Assembly (NCBI GenBank): GCA_049578505.1
Contig: JBAUMC010000084.1
Span: 14,205-78,204, forward strand
Reading direction: 5' to 3'
Source of the DNA: Bacteroidota bacterium
Lineage (GTDB): Bacteria; Bacteroidota; Ignavibacteria; UBA10030; UBA8401
DNA length: 64,000 bases
Translations under genes and position numbers: made by a program
In this document: piece by piece, positions 28,603 to 37,813 of the stretch
Layout of the letters: each line of letters opens with the position of its first letter
Numbering within the stretch: the stretch's first letter is position 1
The notes under the pieces: generated by a model
The model's input: the letters and a program-made list of their open reading frames with translations, nothing else
Databases searched by the model: none
Told to the model about the DNA's origin: nothing

Positions 28603-28854
28603 ATGGATAGATATTTGGTAGAATCACCCCATACAAAAGACGATTGTCACCATGCTGTCAAACAAGTTGAAGCGTTGGGATACCTAACACACTTTGAATG
28701 GGGATGTGCTTCCGGCGATCATACGGGTTTCACGATCATTGAAGCCGAGAACGAAGCCCAGGCGAGGATGGTTGTTCCCCCAATGAGCCGGAAAGCGGCG
28801 AGGGTGGTGAAGCTGAATAGGTTCACGCCCGAAATGCTGAAAGCATCGCACTAA
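28603..28854 (+). CDS. hypothetical small Cys/His-containing protein
   Basis: 83 aa with AAGGAA upstream of the ATG. Possible metal ligands: C15, H16, H17, C35 and H40 (DDCHHAV...WGCASGDH). Confidence 0.5.
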   Translation: MDRYLVESPHTKDDCHHAVKQVEALGYLTHFEWGCASGDHTGFTIIEAENEAQARMVVPPMSRKAARVVKLNRFTPEMLKASH

Positions 28855-28862
28855 AGAAAAAA

Positions 28863-30128
28863 TCAAATGAGATCGGCCAACGAGCCGAACTCTGCATCGA
28901 AGAGCCGCTTATAAGTGCGGATGGCAAAGCCGTCGGTCATGCCTGCGATGTGATCGCACAACAACCGCATGCGTTGGTTCGCGCTTGCCGTGCTTCGAAC
29001 GCTCCTCTCGGCGTCGCGCGGCAGCAGGTTCGTTTTTGAAGTTTCTTTTTCGATGTAGTTTTCTTCGAACGCGTGGAATATTTTTTGCAGAATGTACGCC
29101 CCCTTGTGCTCTAGCTGGTGGAGCTGCGGCGAACGAAAAACAAGGTCAATCGAAACATTCTTATACAATTCAGCTTCTTGTTCGATGGCTGGGTCGATTT
29201 CCAGCCGGAAGCAATAGCGATTTGTCTTCCCGCTCATAAAGTTTTTCCATTTGCCTACACTGCATGCCTGGATAAATTTCCCGATCTTTCCGGCAATCAT
29301 CTTTTCTAATTGCTCCGTCGAAATGGCCTCAATGATTTCTTCGAGTGAACGGCCCTCTTCGCCGGAGAGAGGTCGGTCTCCTGCCCAACGCTCAATCTTC
29401 TCTTTGTTGATGATTCCGGAATGAATGCCGTCGGCGAGGTCGTTGAGCGAATACGCTGCATCGTCCGACCAATCCATAATCTGACATTCGATGCTGCGGA
29501 ATGAGTTGAGTTTTTTTCCAGCACTCAATTCCTCCGGCGGGTGGATGCCGCCGAAAGCAAACTCTGCATATCCCCGCTGTTCATCGTAAATGAAATGGTT
29601 CTCCGGATTTTCTAACACTCCGTACGGTGTCTTGTATTTCAATATGCCGTCGAGAAACGCCCGGGTCGGATTCATTCCCTGCCGTTCTCCACTGGAAGAA
29701 TAAATAATCTCTGTGATGAGCCGCAGCGTTTGGGCATTACCTTCGAAGCCTCCGTATTTCTTCATTAAGGTATTGAGGGTCCGTTCGCCCGCATGTCCGA
29801 AAGGAGGATGGCCGAGGTCGTGTGAAAGACAGATCGCTTCGACGAGGTTCGCGTCGATAGTGAACGTATTCGACAACAAAGGACTTCCCTGCTGGAGGAA
29901 TTTACAGATTGACCGGCCAATTTGGGCAACTTCCAGCGAATGCGTCAAACGTGTTCTGTAGAAATCGTACTCTCCTGAAAGAAAGACCTGCGTTTTTGCC
30001 TGCAGCCTTCGAAACGCTGAAGTGTGAATGATCCTGTCCCGGTCGATCTCAAAGGGAGACCGATAGTCGGCAACCCGTTCTTTGGTCAAGCATTGCAAGT
30101 CAAAATCGTTGTAAAAGGTATTTTCCAT
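28863..30128 (-). CDS. dgt: dGTPase-like deoxynucleoside triphosphate triphosphohydrolase (HD domain)
   Basis: SAFRRLQAKTQVF, YRTRLTHSLEVAQIGR and HDLGHPPFGHAGE are the Dgt-type HD signatures. Confidence 0.88.
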   Translation of the reverse strand: MENTFYNDFDLQCLTKERVADYRSPFEIDRDRIIHTSAFRRLQAKTQVFLSGEYDFYRTRLTHSLEVAQIGRSICKFLQQGSPLLSNTFTIDANLVEAICLSHDLGHPPFGHAGERTLNTLMKKYGGFEGNAQTLRLITEIIYSSSGERQGMNPTRAFLDGILKYKTPYGVLENPENHFIYDEQRGYAEFAFGGIHPPEELSAGKKLNSFRSIECQIMDWSDDAAYSLNDLADGIHSGIINKEKIERWAGDRPLSGEEGRSLEEIIEAISTEQLEKMIAGKIGKFIQACSVGKWKNFMSGKTNRYCFRLEIDPAIEQEAELYKNVSIDLVFRSPQLHQLEHKGAYILQKIFHAFEENYIEKETSKTNLLPRDAERSVRSTASANQRMRLLCDHIAGMTDGFAIRTYKRLFDAEFGSLADLI

Positions 30129-30132
30129 TCGC

Positions 30133-30843
30133 CTATTTTCTTATATGATGTTCTTCCGGAATTATTTCATCTCCCCATGCATAGCGAATCTTTCGCGCGA
30201 TGAAACGAAGCGACTTAACGTGACGCCGTTGAGAGATAAAAAAGAAGACGACTTTTGCGGTCCTAAACGAGTAAACTGTTGTTGTATTTATCCGCGAAAA
30301 AATTTCGCCTGCTTTCAATATAATAAATCTTTCCCTTCCCATCCTCGGATAATGTTGGTAGACAAGGAGCGAATGTCCGAGTGAAAAGAAACGGGCCGCT
30401 TCTTTCCAGTACAGGTATTTATGTGACCCGCGTCGTCCTCGCGGAATGCTCCGTATCTCCAGTCCGTTATCGGGGTCAAAGAATATGATGTCCGATTGCT
30501 TCAATTCGGTTTCAAACTGGTCAAAATATTCGTCCGTGTTTCCATCGGTAAGCTTGCGTGAAAAATAGGTCGCTGAAGGGATGAGCCGCGCCCTTGAAAG
30601 AGAAGCGACATCCCGTTCTTTCTTTCTACCGACGACGTTGGAAAGGATATCAAAAAGCTCTGGATCATATTGCCGCCACCGTTTGGGATGATCGAGATAG
30701 GCTGTGAACTTGCCGTCTCCTTTATTATCGTCCGACGTGAGCATCCAACAAACCGCAATTCTTTTCTTCCCTCCGGCGGCAAGAATTCGCAACAGACCGT
30801 ACTTCCTATAATCGTTGATATCTCCAAAATACTGATTCTTCAT
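30133..30843 (-). CDS. uncharacterised protein, faintly RlmJ-like motif layout, 4 nt upstream of dgt
   Basis: The Met at 30843 gives MKNQYFGDINDYRKYGLLR. Later motifs are IIFFDPDNGLE and LLVYQHYP. The longest ORF extends to 30888. I cannot name a family with confidence. Confidence 0.6.
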   Translation of the reverse strand: MKNQYFGDINDYRKYGLLRILAAGGKKRIAVCWMLTSDDNKGDGKFTAYLDHPKRWRQYDPELFDILSNVVGRKKERDVASLSRARLIPSATYFSRKLTDGNTDEYFDQFETELKQSDIIFFDPDNGLEIRSIPRGRRGSHKYLYWKEAARFFSLGHSLLVYQHYPRMGRERFIILKAGEIFSRINTTTVYSFRTAKVVFFFISQRRHVKSLRFIARKIRYAWGDEIIPEEHHIRK

Positions 30844-31169
30844 AATATTGCGGAAAGATGTAATAGTCTTGAAAATCATCCCGTGCAACGATTTGAAAAT
30901 AGGTAATCACTTCGCGAAAGACAAGCGAAAGAAATGTAAAGGACCAAAGCCATTTTGTTAAGCATGTTTGATATAAATCCTAAAATACTTATCTTGATGG
31001 GGAAAATTTCCTAATTAGTTAATTGACGGTACAAAACGCCATCCACGTCCGGATGTTCTGCACGAATATGAAGATAATGAGTTATGCAGTAGAAGGAGGT
31101 CGCAGAGCTCGGACTGAGGAAGATGACTATGATGCACCGCACGATTCCAACGACAATACGAGGTCTGCA

Positions 31170-32486
31170 ATGAGACGTATTTCTATGCTAATCTTATCCT
31201 GTCTTATCTTTTTAATGCCGGTGTTTTTGCTGGCGCAAAATCAGACTCCTGCCCCCATTCCCAAAATTGATGCCGGCGACACTGCTTGGATGTTGATCTC
31301 CACGGCGCTGGTGATGCTGATGACGCCCGGCCTTGCTCTCTTTTACGGCGGCATGGTGCGGAGAAAGAATGTCTTGGGAACAATCATGCAAAGTTTTATC
31401 GCCCTCGGCGTGATATCTATCCAGTGGGTGCTCTTCGGTTACAGCCTTGCCTTTGGGCCGGACATCGGCCATCTCATCGGCGGTCTGCAATGGGCAGGTC
31501 TGCGTGGGGTCGGACTTGAACCAAATCCAGATTATGCCGCGACAGTTCCGCATGAAGCGTTCATGCTGTTTCAGATGATGTTTGCCGTTATCACCCCCGC
31601 CCTAATTACAGGAGCCTTCGCGGAGCGATTTAAGTTTAAGACATACCTTGTCTTTCTTCTTCTCTGGTCGACTTTTGTCTATGCTCCTATCGCGCATTGG
31701 GTGTGGGGAGTTGGCGGCTGGATTCACAATCTGGGTGCACTCGATTTTGCGGGAGGCTTAGTTGTTCATATCAGTTCGGGAGTTTCCGCTCTCGTCGCTG
31801 CAATAATTATCGGGAAGAGGAGAGGATATAACAGAGAATCGATGCCGCCCCATAATTTGACCCTGACGCTACTTGGCGCCGTGCTGCTCTGGTTCGGATG
31901 GTTTGGGTTTAACGGGGGGAGCGCTCTTAGTTCCGGCGCTTTGGCAACGTCTGCATTCGCCGCTACACATCTTGCCGCGGCCGCCGCAACACTTTCATGG
32001 CTTTTCACTGAATGGTGGCATCGGGGAAAGCCGACTGTTCTGGGTGCCGTTTCGGGATCTGTTGCGGGGCTCGTTGCGATTACACCCGGGTCGGGGTTCG
32101 TCGGTCCGATGCCTGCGATCATTATCGGGCTTCTCGCGGGAATGGTCTGCTATTTTGCTGTGGGAGTGAAGACGAAATTTGGATATGATGATTCACTCGA
32201 TGCGGTAGGTGTCCATGGCGTTGGAGGAACGCTGGGGGCGCTTGCTACGGGATTGTTCGCTTCCAAAGCGATAAATGCGGCGGGGGGCGACGGCCTCTTT
32301 TTCGGCAACGCCTCGCTTTTCGGCATTCAGGCGCTGAGTGTAGGAGCAGCAATCGTCTATTCGTTTATAGCTACATGGGTTATTCTCAAGGTCCTCGATG
32401 CAACGATGGGTGTACGAGTAAAAGACGTCGAGGAAATGGAAGGCTTAGATGTGAGCCAGCACGGCGAAACCGGGTATTCGTTCTGA
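31170..32486 (+). CDS. amtB: ammonium transporter
   Basis: The Met at 31170 (after GAGG) gives a signal peptide, then DTAWMLISTALVMLMTPGLALFYGGMVRRKN. Also DFAGGLVVHISSG and the GVHGVGG Amt signatures. The longest ORF begins at 31023. Confidence 0.93.
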   Translation: MRRISMLILSCLIFLMPVFLLAQNQTPAPIPKIDAGDTAWMLISTALVMLMTPGLALFYGGMVRRKNVLGTIMQSFIALGVISIQWVLFGYSLAFGPDIGHLIGGLQWAGLRGVGLEPNPDYAATVPHEAFMLFQMMFAVITPALITGAFAERFKFKTYLVFLLLWSTFVYAPIAHWVWGVGGWIHNLGALDFAGGLVVHISSGVSALVAAIIIGKRRGYNRESMPPHNLTLTLLGAVLLWFGWFGFNGGSALSSGALATSAFAATHLAAAAATLSWLFTEWWHRGKPTVLGAVSGSVAGLVAITPGSGFVGPMPAIIIGLLAGMVCYFAVGVKTKFGYDDSLDAVGVHGVGGTLGALATGLFASKAINAAGGDGLFFGNASLFGIQALSVGAAIVYSFIATWVILKVLDATMGVRVKDVEEMEGLDVSQHGETGYSF

Positions 32487-32488
32487 TT

Positions 32489-34345
32489 CTACGGTGATGG
32501 AGAAGCTAGTCTTTGAAGCAACTGAACTGTGAGCGCGTTTGGCTCAATTTCAAAAGCTTTTTTCGCATAGCGCTGTGCAAGCTCGGTTCTTCCGTATGAC
32601 GCTTCGTACTCTGCACGCTGAGCCAACATGCCGGTATACATCGTACGAATCTGCCGCGAGTATAAATCATTTCTTGGGAACGGACGATAAAGGATTGTAG
32701 GGAAATCTAGCGGGTGATAAGTCGAATCCTTGTAAAGCCGGAACGCCAATCCTTCGGGTATACGGTGGTAGTGGGATGCAAGGTGAGGCTCAATTTCACC
32801 GGTCACATAGACTGCTACGCTGTCGATGTTATAGTCGATGAAACTGTCGATCATGCGATTGTACCGCGCCTCGATAACGGCAGGATCGTACGGTATATCG
32901 TGTTCGAACTTATACAATTCCTCCAAAAAACTCTCAATTTCATTTTTCGATTTTTCATAGAGGATCGGATGATTTTTTTTCATCTGCAGATAGTACCATG
33001 AGCGGCGGAGCAATTCCTTGTCGATAACTGTTACATCGTCACGGATGTGCTTAACATATTGGAAATAGTACGACGCGGATACAAAATAATCCCATTGGTA
33101 CGAAAGGACCACGGCGTTGGGTTTTAAATTGGCCAGCAATGATGCCGTGTAGTCCTGCACGAGATAATCGCTACTTTCGTCGACTTCCGGCCAGTTTGCC
33201 GTGAGCTCAGCAATGGCCACTGTTAAAAGAATTGCCGTCACGGCAATTTTCCCCCAATTCTTCTTGATCATCACTCCGGCTTCGAATGCCCCAAATCCCG
33301 CGAACATCGCAAGCGAGACGTATGCAAGAAGGAAGTACGAGTCGATGTCTTTGATATCATAGTTAATCGTGTAGGCAATACATCCTGCCAGCAGCAAAAA
33401 AATAAAAACAAAAATACGTCTCTCCCTCAGGAGCAGCCACCATGCTCCAACGATTGAAAAAAGGAGCGGCACGTAATAAAATTCCACCGGCACGGCGTTC
33501 AAAAAATGGTCCCATTGTTTTGCCGCAGCTGCAGAAGACGAAAACATCCACACGCTGAACTGCTTACCTGAAACATGCCAGAAAATTCTTTCGAGCGTTG
33601 CAGGGTACCCCCAGTTCAATATCGGCTGCTGCACAGCTCTGATCGGGAAGTAAACATAGACCGATAGTCCCAAAATGAACGGTACGGCGAGGATAAGAAT
33701 TTGCCGCATCCCTTCTTTCGAAAGCTTGAACACCGAGAAATACAGAAAGAGAAAGCCAGGCGCAAGAAGAATCGTTGTCAGGTGGTTCGTGAAGCTTAGT
33801 CCGAGTGTGAATGCGAAGAGAAGCCATTTGTGTTGGTCGATCACACGCTCTTCAATAAAGGTGAAAATTGCGCGGAGAAAAAACAACAGCGTTGCGTTCA
33901 ATAATAGAAGATGAAACGCGTATACCTCGATGGATGTCGATTGATCCCAGAATGTTCGTGAAAATGCAAGCACCAATGACGAGAAGAGAGCGGGTATGAT
34001 GGAATGAAACGGGTCCTGCGGCTTTCTTGCCGAACGAAGTAAAAGAAGCATCACATAAAAGAATATGGTCGCCGCTGATGAGGTTGCGAGAGCAGAGAAA
34101 ATATTGAGGCGTACGATTTCCTCTTTTGCGATCGGCAGCATAGTGACAATGTGCGTGACGAGCGTCCAGAAGGGATAACCTGTCGGATGGGCAATGCCGA
34201 GGACGTACGGCACGGTCGCCAGTTCTCCGCCGTCGATGAACCCTACCGTTGTTGCAATGGTCTGAAGGTAGATGACAAACACCGTCAGCCAGAGAGTAAG
34301 GGCAACGATATGGTCGCGATATTTTTTTCCCGGAAATGGTTTCAT
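32489..34345 (-). CDS. DUF2723-type polytopic membrane protein (GT-C-like glycosyltransferase fold) with C-terminal TPR-like region
   Basis: N-terminus ...GFIDGGELATVPYVLGIAHPTGYPFWTL, many TM helices, and a soluble C-terminal third with a TPR-like tail. The start overlaps the glnE stop (ATGA). Confidence 0.7.
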   Translation of the reverse strand: MKPFPGKKYRDHIVALTLWLTVFVIYLQTIATTVGFIDGGELATVPYVLGIAHPTGYPFWTLVTHIVTMLPIAKEEIVRLNIFSALATSSAATIFFYVMLLLLRSARKPQDPFHSIIPALFSSLVLAFSRTFWDQSTSIEVYAFHLLLLNATLLFFLRAIFTFIEERVIDQHKWLLFAFTLGLSFTNHLTTILLAPGFLFLYFSVFKLSKEGMRQILILAVPFILGLSVYVYFPIRAVQQPILNWGYPATLERIFWHVSGKQFSVWMFSSSAAAAKQWDHFLNAVPVEFYYVPLLFSIVGAWWLLLRERRIFVFIFLLLAGCIAYTINYDIKDIDSYFLLAYVSLAMFAGFGAFEAGVMIKKNWGKIAVTAILLTVAIAELTANWPEVDESSDYLVQDYTASLLANLKPNAVVLSYQWDYFVSASYYFQYVKHIRDDVTVIDKELLRRSWYYLQMKKNHPILYEKSKNEIESFLEELYKFEHDIPYDPAVIEARYNRMIDSFIDYNIDSVAVYVTGEIEPHLASHYHRIPEGLAFRLYKDSTYHPLDFPTILYRPFPRNDLYSRQIRTMYTGMLAQRAEYEASYGRTELAQRYAKKAFEIEPNALTVQLLQRLASPSP

Positions 34346-37266
34346 TTAAGCGAAGCAAGAATCGATTCAAAAAGCGAGCGCGTTTCCCTCATGCTCTCGT
34401 GTACCGATAACAAAAGTTCCTTGATCGAGTGATACTGCAGAAGGCGGGCCAGGTAATCGAGCGATTCATCATCTGCCGGGATGATGTGGGTCTTTACATC
34501 AAGGCCGAGTCGGAGAGCCGTTTCGACGCGGCGGAGAAGTCTATAGTTATTGGCAAATGAGGTAATCGTTCGTGCATGTGAAGCTTCATGTGAATACAAC
34601 TCCAACAGGTCATAGGTATTTGTCGACGGGAAGGCACTTTTTCCCCGCGAAAGTTGAAGTGCCTGGATTGCAAACTCGACATCCATCAATCCCCCGGATC
34701 CCAGCTTAATGTCAAGAAACTCGGACGTCGAGGTACGGCTTCTCGATTCGGTCTTTCGGCGCATTGAAAAAATTTCTTCCGCCCAACCGTTCGGTAGACG
34801 TGATTGGTAGACCGAATCGTGCAGCGATTGCATGACCTCGGTGGAAAAACCTTTGTCGCCTACGATCACTCTGGCCCGGGTCAGCGACTGACGTTCCCAC
34901 AGCGATGCGCGTTGCTGCAGGTACTCAAGATATTGCTTTTCCGCAACGGCGAGGGGAGCGTTTCTCCCTTCGGGCCGAAGGCGGGCGTCGATATCGTACA
35001 ATTTTCCGCCGGGCGACATACGCGAAGATGCGGTAATAATTTTTGCAGCAAGCTCCTCGCACTTTTCCGCCTCGGATTTTCGAGCCGCCCCGTAAAGGAA
35101 AACAACGTCGAGGTCCGATCCAAAATTCATTTCTTGCCCGCCGAGTTTCCCCAACCCTATAATGCAGAACTGCGCCGTTTTCGGGATTTTTAATTTCCGT
35201 CGTTCTTCCTTGTACATGAACGAGAGGATGGCTGCCGCAATTTCTGAAAGGGAGCGAAACAATGCACTTTCGTCCGCGTCGCCGAGAATGTACCTCACGG
35301 CAGCTTTGGATTCCTCGCTAATTTTCCACTCATGGATATTGTTTGTCGGGTAAAAACGTTCCGTGTCATTGCGCAATATGGTGTTGACGCCGGTCAGGAT
35401 CGTTTCGGCGAGGCCGGGAGCAAGTGCAAATTGATTTGCGAGCATGCCGCTCTGCGTACAAATGCTAACCAACGATTTGCGGAAGTTTTTTCCAGAACAA
35501 AGGGAATACATCCCGTCGGGCGAAGAGAGCGACGAAAAAATTCGTTCACAATGAGCGAGGGCACGTTCCGGCGCGATCGATGTACCGATCTCTTCCAGCA
35601 GCGGCTCGGCAATGGCCTTGAACAGGGTTCTTGTTCGTTCGGTATATTCTTTTTTGCCCAGAAGGTTCGAACCGTACATCATTCGACGAATAATGCGGAG
35701 AGTCTTCTCACCGGTTCCCAAGCCGTAACGGATCGCAAACTCGCGGGAAAACTCAGACCCCGGTTTTTCAGTTACAAAGCGTTCAACGGTGGACTGCGGT
35801 TGCAACGGCGTTGCTGCAAAGACTGAATTGAAAATTAGACGGACATTCTCCAGGTGTTCAACCAGAAGTTTTTCGAACCGTTCCGGTGTCATAGACATTC
35901 GCACGGCAATTTTTTTCCGATCGCGTTTCGTGACCGGGAGAGAGTGTGTCTGTGTATACTCGAGCATTTGCAGCCGGTGCTCGAGAATTCTGAAAAAGAC
36001 ATACGCGTCCCGAAGCCGGGCAGCTTCAGTCGCCGAAAGTAGCCGCGCTGTATGAAGAAGAGCAATGGCAGCAAGCGTATTTGCATTACGGAGGGAAGAA
36101 TTTTTCCCGCCGTTCAAAAGCTGCAGCGCCTGAACAGTGAATTCGATATCTCGGATTCCTCCTGCCCGAAGCTTGATGTTCCGTCCGTCTGAATCGGATT
36201 CGATGCGGGTTTTAATCCGGGAAATTTCTTCGATCGGGTTTTCGAAAAAAGTTCGGGGATAAATGAAGGGAGAAAGTGAGCCGAGGAATTGTTGCGTAAA
36301 TGGTTCACTCCCCGCTACATGTCGTGCTTTAATGAGCATCTGCCGTTCCCATAATTCGCCGCGCGATTCGTAGTACGCGATCGCCGATTGGTACGACCGT
36401 ATGAGCGTCCCCGCCTTTCCATCCGGCCGAAGACGCATATCGACCCTGTAGAAATATCCCTCTTCAGTCGGATGAGAGAGACTGTGCACTACATGTTCGA
36501 TGAAACGGACAAAGAATTCACTGTGGGTCAATAGTAAGGCGGACGATAATTTCATCTCCCCTTCTTCGTTATAGATTGCAATAATGTCGATATCGGAACT
36601 ATAGTTTAGCTCTTCGCCCCCCAGTTTACCCAATCCGATGATTGCCCAAGGAGTTTTCGGCTCGGCGCCGTATTGATTTTTCAGATCACTCCAAGAGAGT
36701 TCTGCGACAAGCGCGGTAATTGCATCGGCGAGATGAGAAAGCTCGCGAGTTGTTGTTTCTAGGTCGGCGAGGCCGAGGAGGTCTCTTACGCCGATCCGGA
36801 GCAATTCACGCCGTTGATAGCGTTTCAGCACGTTGAGTTTCCGGGAGTGTGACTGGAACGGCTGGACGCTTTGACGCGACGTGGCAAAGAACTCTTCTTG
36901 TGTTTTGGATTGCTCGAGGATGTTTGTGGCAGTGAGCCATCGGAACAACTCAGGGTCGCGAATAAGAATGTCCGAAAAGTATTGTGACGCGCCGAAGAGT
37001 GAGAGCAACGTTTCAAGGAGCACCGGATGCTCGCTGAGGTCGCGAAGGATGGTTGCTCGATTGAAGCTTCCTTCGATAAACCTCAGGAAGTTTGTTGATG
37101 CCATTGTATCATCTGCTGAACGAGAAAGCTGAGCCTCGAGAGGCGCAAAGAACAACGGAGCACTTTCACCCAACCCGGCGTTGAAAAATATTTTTTCGAT
37201 CTCCTTGATGTGACGAAGTGAAACGCTTGATAAGTGTTCTGCTGCAGATGCTGTGGGCGGCGTCAT
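34342..37266 (-). CDS. glnE: bifunctional glutamine synthetase adenylyltransferase/adenylyl-removing enzyme
   Basis: Two nucleotidyltransferase modules, GLGKLGGEELNYSSDIDIIAIY and GLGKLGGQEMNFGSDLDVVFLY, each followed by a GlnE helical domain. The start at 37266 (MTPPTASA) is preferred; the longest ORF extends to 37389. Confidence 0.88.
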   Translation of the reverse strand: MTPPTASAAEHLSSVSLRHIKEIEKIFFNAGLGESAPLFFAPLEAQLSRSADDTMASTNFLRFIEGSFNRATILRDLSEHPVLLETLLSLFGASQYFSDILIRDPELFRWLTATNILEQSKTQEEFFATSRQSVQPFQSHSRKLNVLKRYQRRELLRIGVRDLLGLADLETTTRELSHLADAITALVAELSWSDLKNQYGAEPKTPWAIIGLGKLGGEELNYSSDIDIIAIYNEEGEMKLSSALLLTHSEFFVRFIEHVVHSLSHPTEEGYFYRVDMRLRPDGKAGTLIRSYQSAIAYYESRGELWERQMLIKARHVAGSEPFTQQFLGSLSPFIYPRTFFENPIEEISRIKTRIESDSDGRNIKLRAGGIRDIEFTVQALQLLNGGKNSSLRNANTLAAIALLHTARLLSATEAARLRDAYVFFRILEHRLQMLEYTQTHSLPVTKRDRKKIAVRMSMTPERFEKLLVEHLENVRLIFNSVFAATPLQPQSTVERFVTEKPGSEFSREFAIRYGLGTGEKTLRIIRRMMYGSNLLGKKEYTERTRTLFKAIAEPLLEEIGTSIAPERALAHCERIFSSLSSPDGMYSLCSGKNFRKSLVSICTQSGMLANQFALAPGLAETILTGVNTILRNDTERFYPTNNIHEWKISEESKAAVRYILGDADESALFRSLSEIAAAILSFMYKEERRKLKIPKTAQFCIIGLGKLGGQEMNFGSDLDVVFLYGAARKSEAEKCEELAAKIITASSRMSPGGKLYDIDARLRPEGRNAPLAVAEKQYLEYLQQRASLWERQSLTRARVIVGDKGFSTEVMQSLHDSVYQSRLPNGWAEEIFSMRRKTESRSRTSTSEFLDIKLGSGGLMDVEFAIQALQLSRGKSAFPSTNTYDLLELYSHEASHARTITSFANNYRLLRRVETALRLGLDVKTHIIPADDESLDYLARLLQYHSIKELLLSVHESMRETRSLFESILASLK

Positions 37267-37412
37267 TGAAGGTAGCTGAATGAATATGCCTACGGTGTCA
37301 ATAGTATAGAAAAAATGGGGAGAAAATTCAATCTGCACATGACAATTGATTTTCCCGCACGCTTCGCCTATATTACGCCGTTGCCACACATCAATGGAGA
37401 AAGAGAGGTTTC

Positions 37413-37742
37413 ATGGTCAAACTTATCGCGCTTTACAAAAAGCCGGACGACGCTGCCGCATTCGATAAACATTATTCCGAAGTACATACACCCATTGTGA
37501 AAAAGCTCCCCGGCCTTCGCCAATTGGAAATCTCGAAGATCACCGGCTCGGCAATCGGGGAGACACCGAATTATTTGTTATGCGAAATGTATTTTGATTC
37601 AAAAGAGACGCTCGATGCAGCGCTTGCATCGCCGGCCGGCAGGGCCGCTGGAAAAGACCTGATGGTTTTCGCCGCAAAGTATGTGACGTTGATGTACGCG
37701 GATGTGACTTCGAGAGAAGAAATACGATCGGTTGAAGATTAA
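37413..37742 (+). CDS. EthD-family protein
   Basis: MVKLIALYKKPDDAAAFDKHYSEVHTPIVKKLPGLR ... matches the small EthD/dimeric alpha-beta barrel family pattern. Confidence 0.7.
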   Translation: MVKLIALYKKPDDAAAFDKHYSEVHTPIVKKLPGLRQLEISKITGSAIGETPNYLLCEMYFDSKETLDAALASPAGRAAGKDLMVFAAKYVTLMYADVTSREEIRSVED

Positions 37743-37813
37743 ACTTCTTCTTTCCTGATATTACGGACGCGCAATTAACCTCCTATTCGTCCACTCGAAC
37801 AAGTAAAAAGTGT

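Noticed and set aside
28863-30128. The dGTPase-like gene as an anti-phage dNTP-depletion defence gene
   Set aside because: The sequence looks like the ordinary housekeeping Dgt-like family found in many genomes of this type, and no other defence genes are adjacent. Only the unknown upstream partner is reported as a finding.
30889-31169. A sigma54 (TGGCAC-N5-TTGCA) or NtcA-type site upstream of amtB
   Set aside because: I read the spacer on the coding strand and found no acceptable match, so nothing is reported.
37267-37389. 41-aa N-terminal extension of glnE, and similar extensions of paaA (44611-44715), mdh (24932-24991), mutT (52528-52584) and amtB (31023-31169)
   Set aside because: The extensions have no family counterpart. 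They overlap divergent promoter regions and precede internal Met codons that give canonical N-termini. The shorter starts were used.
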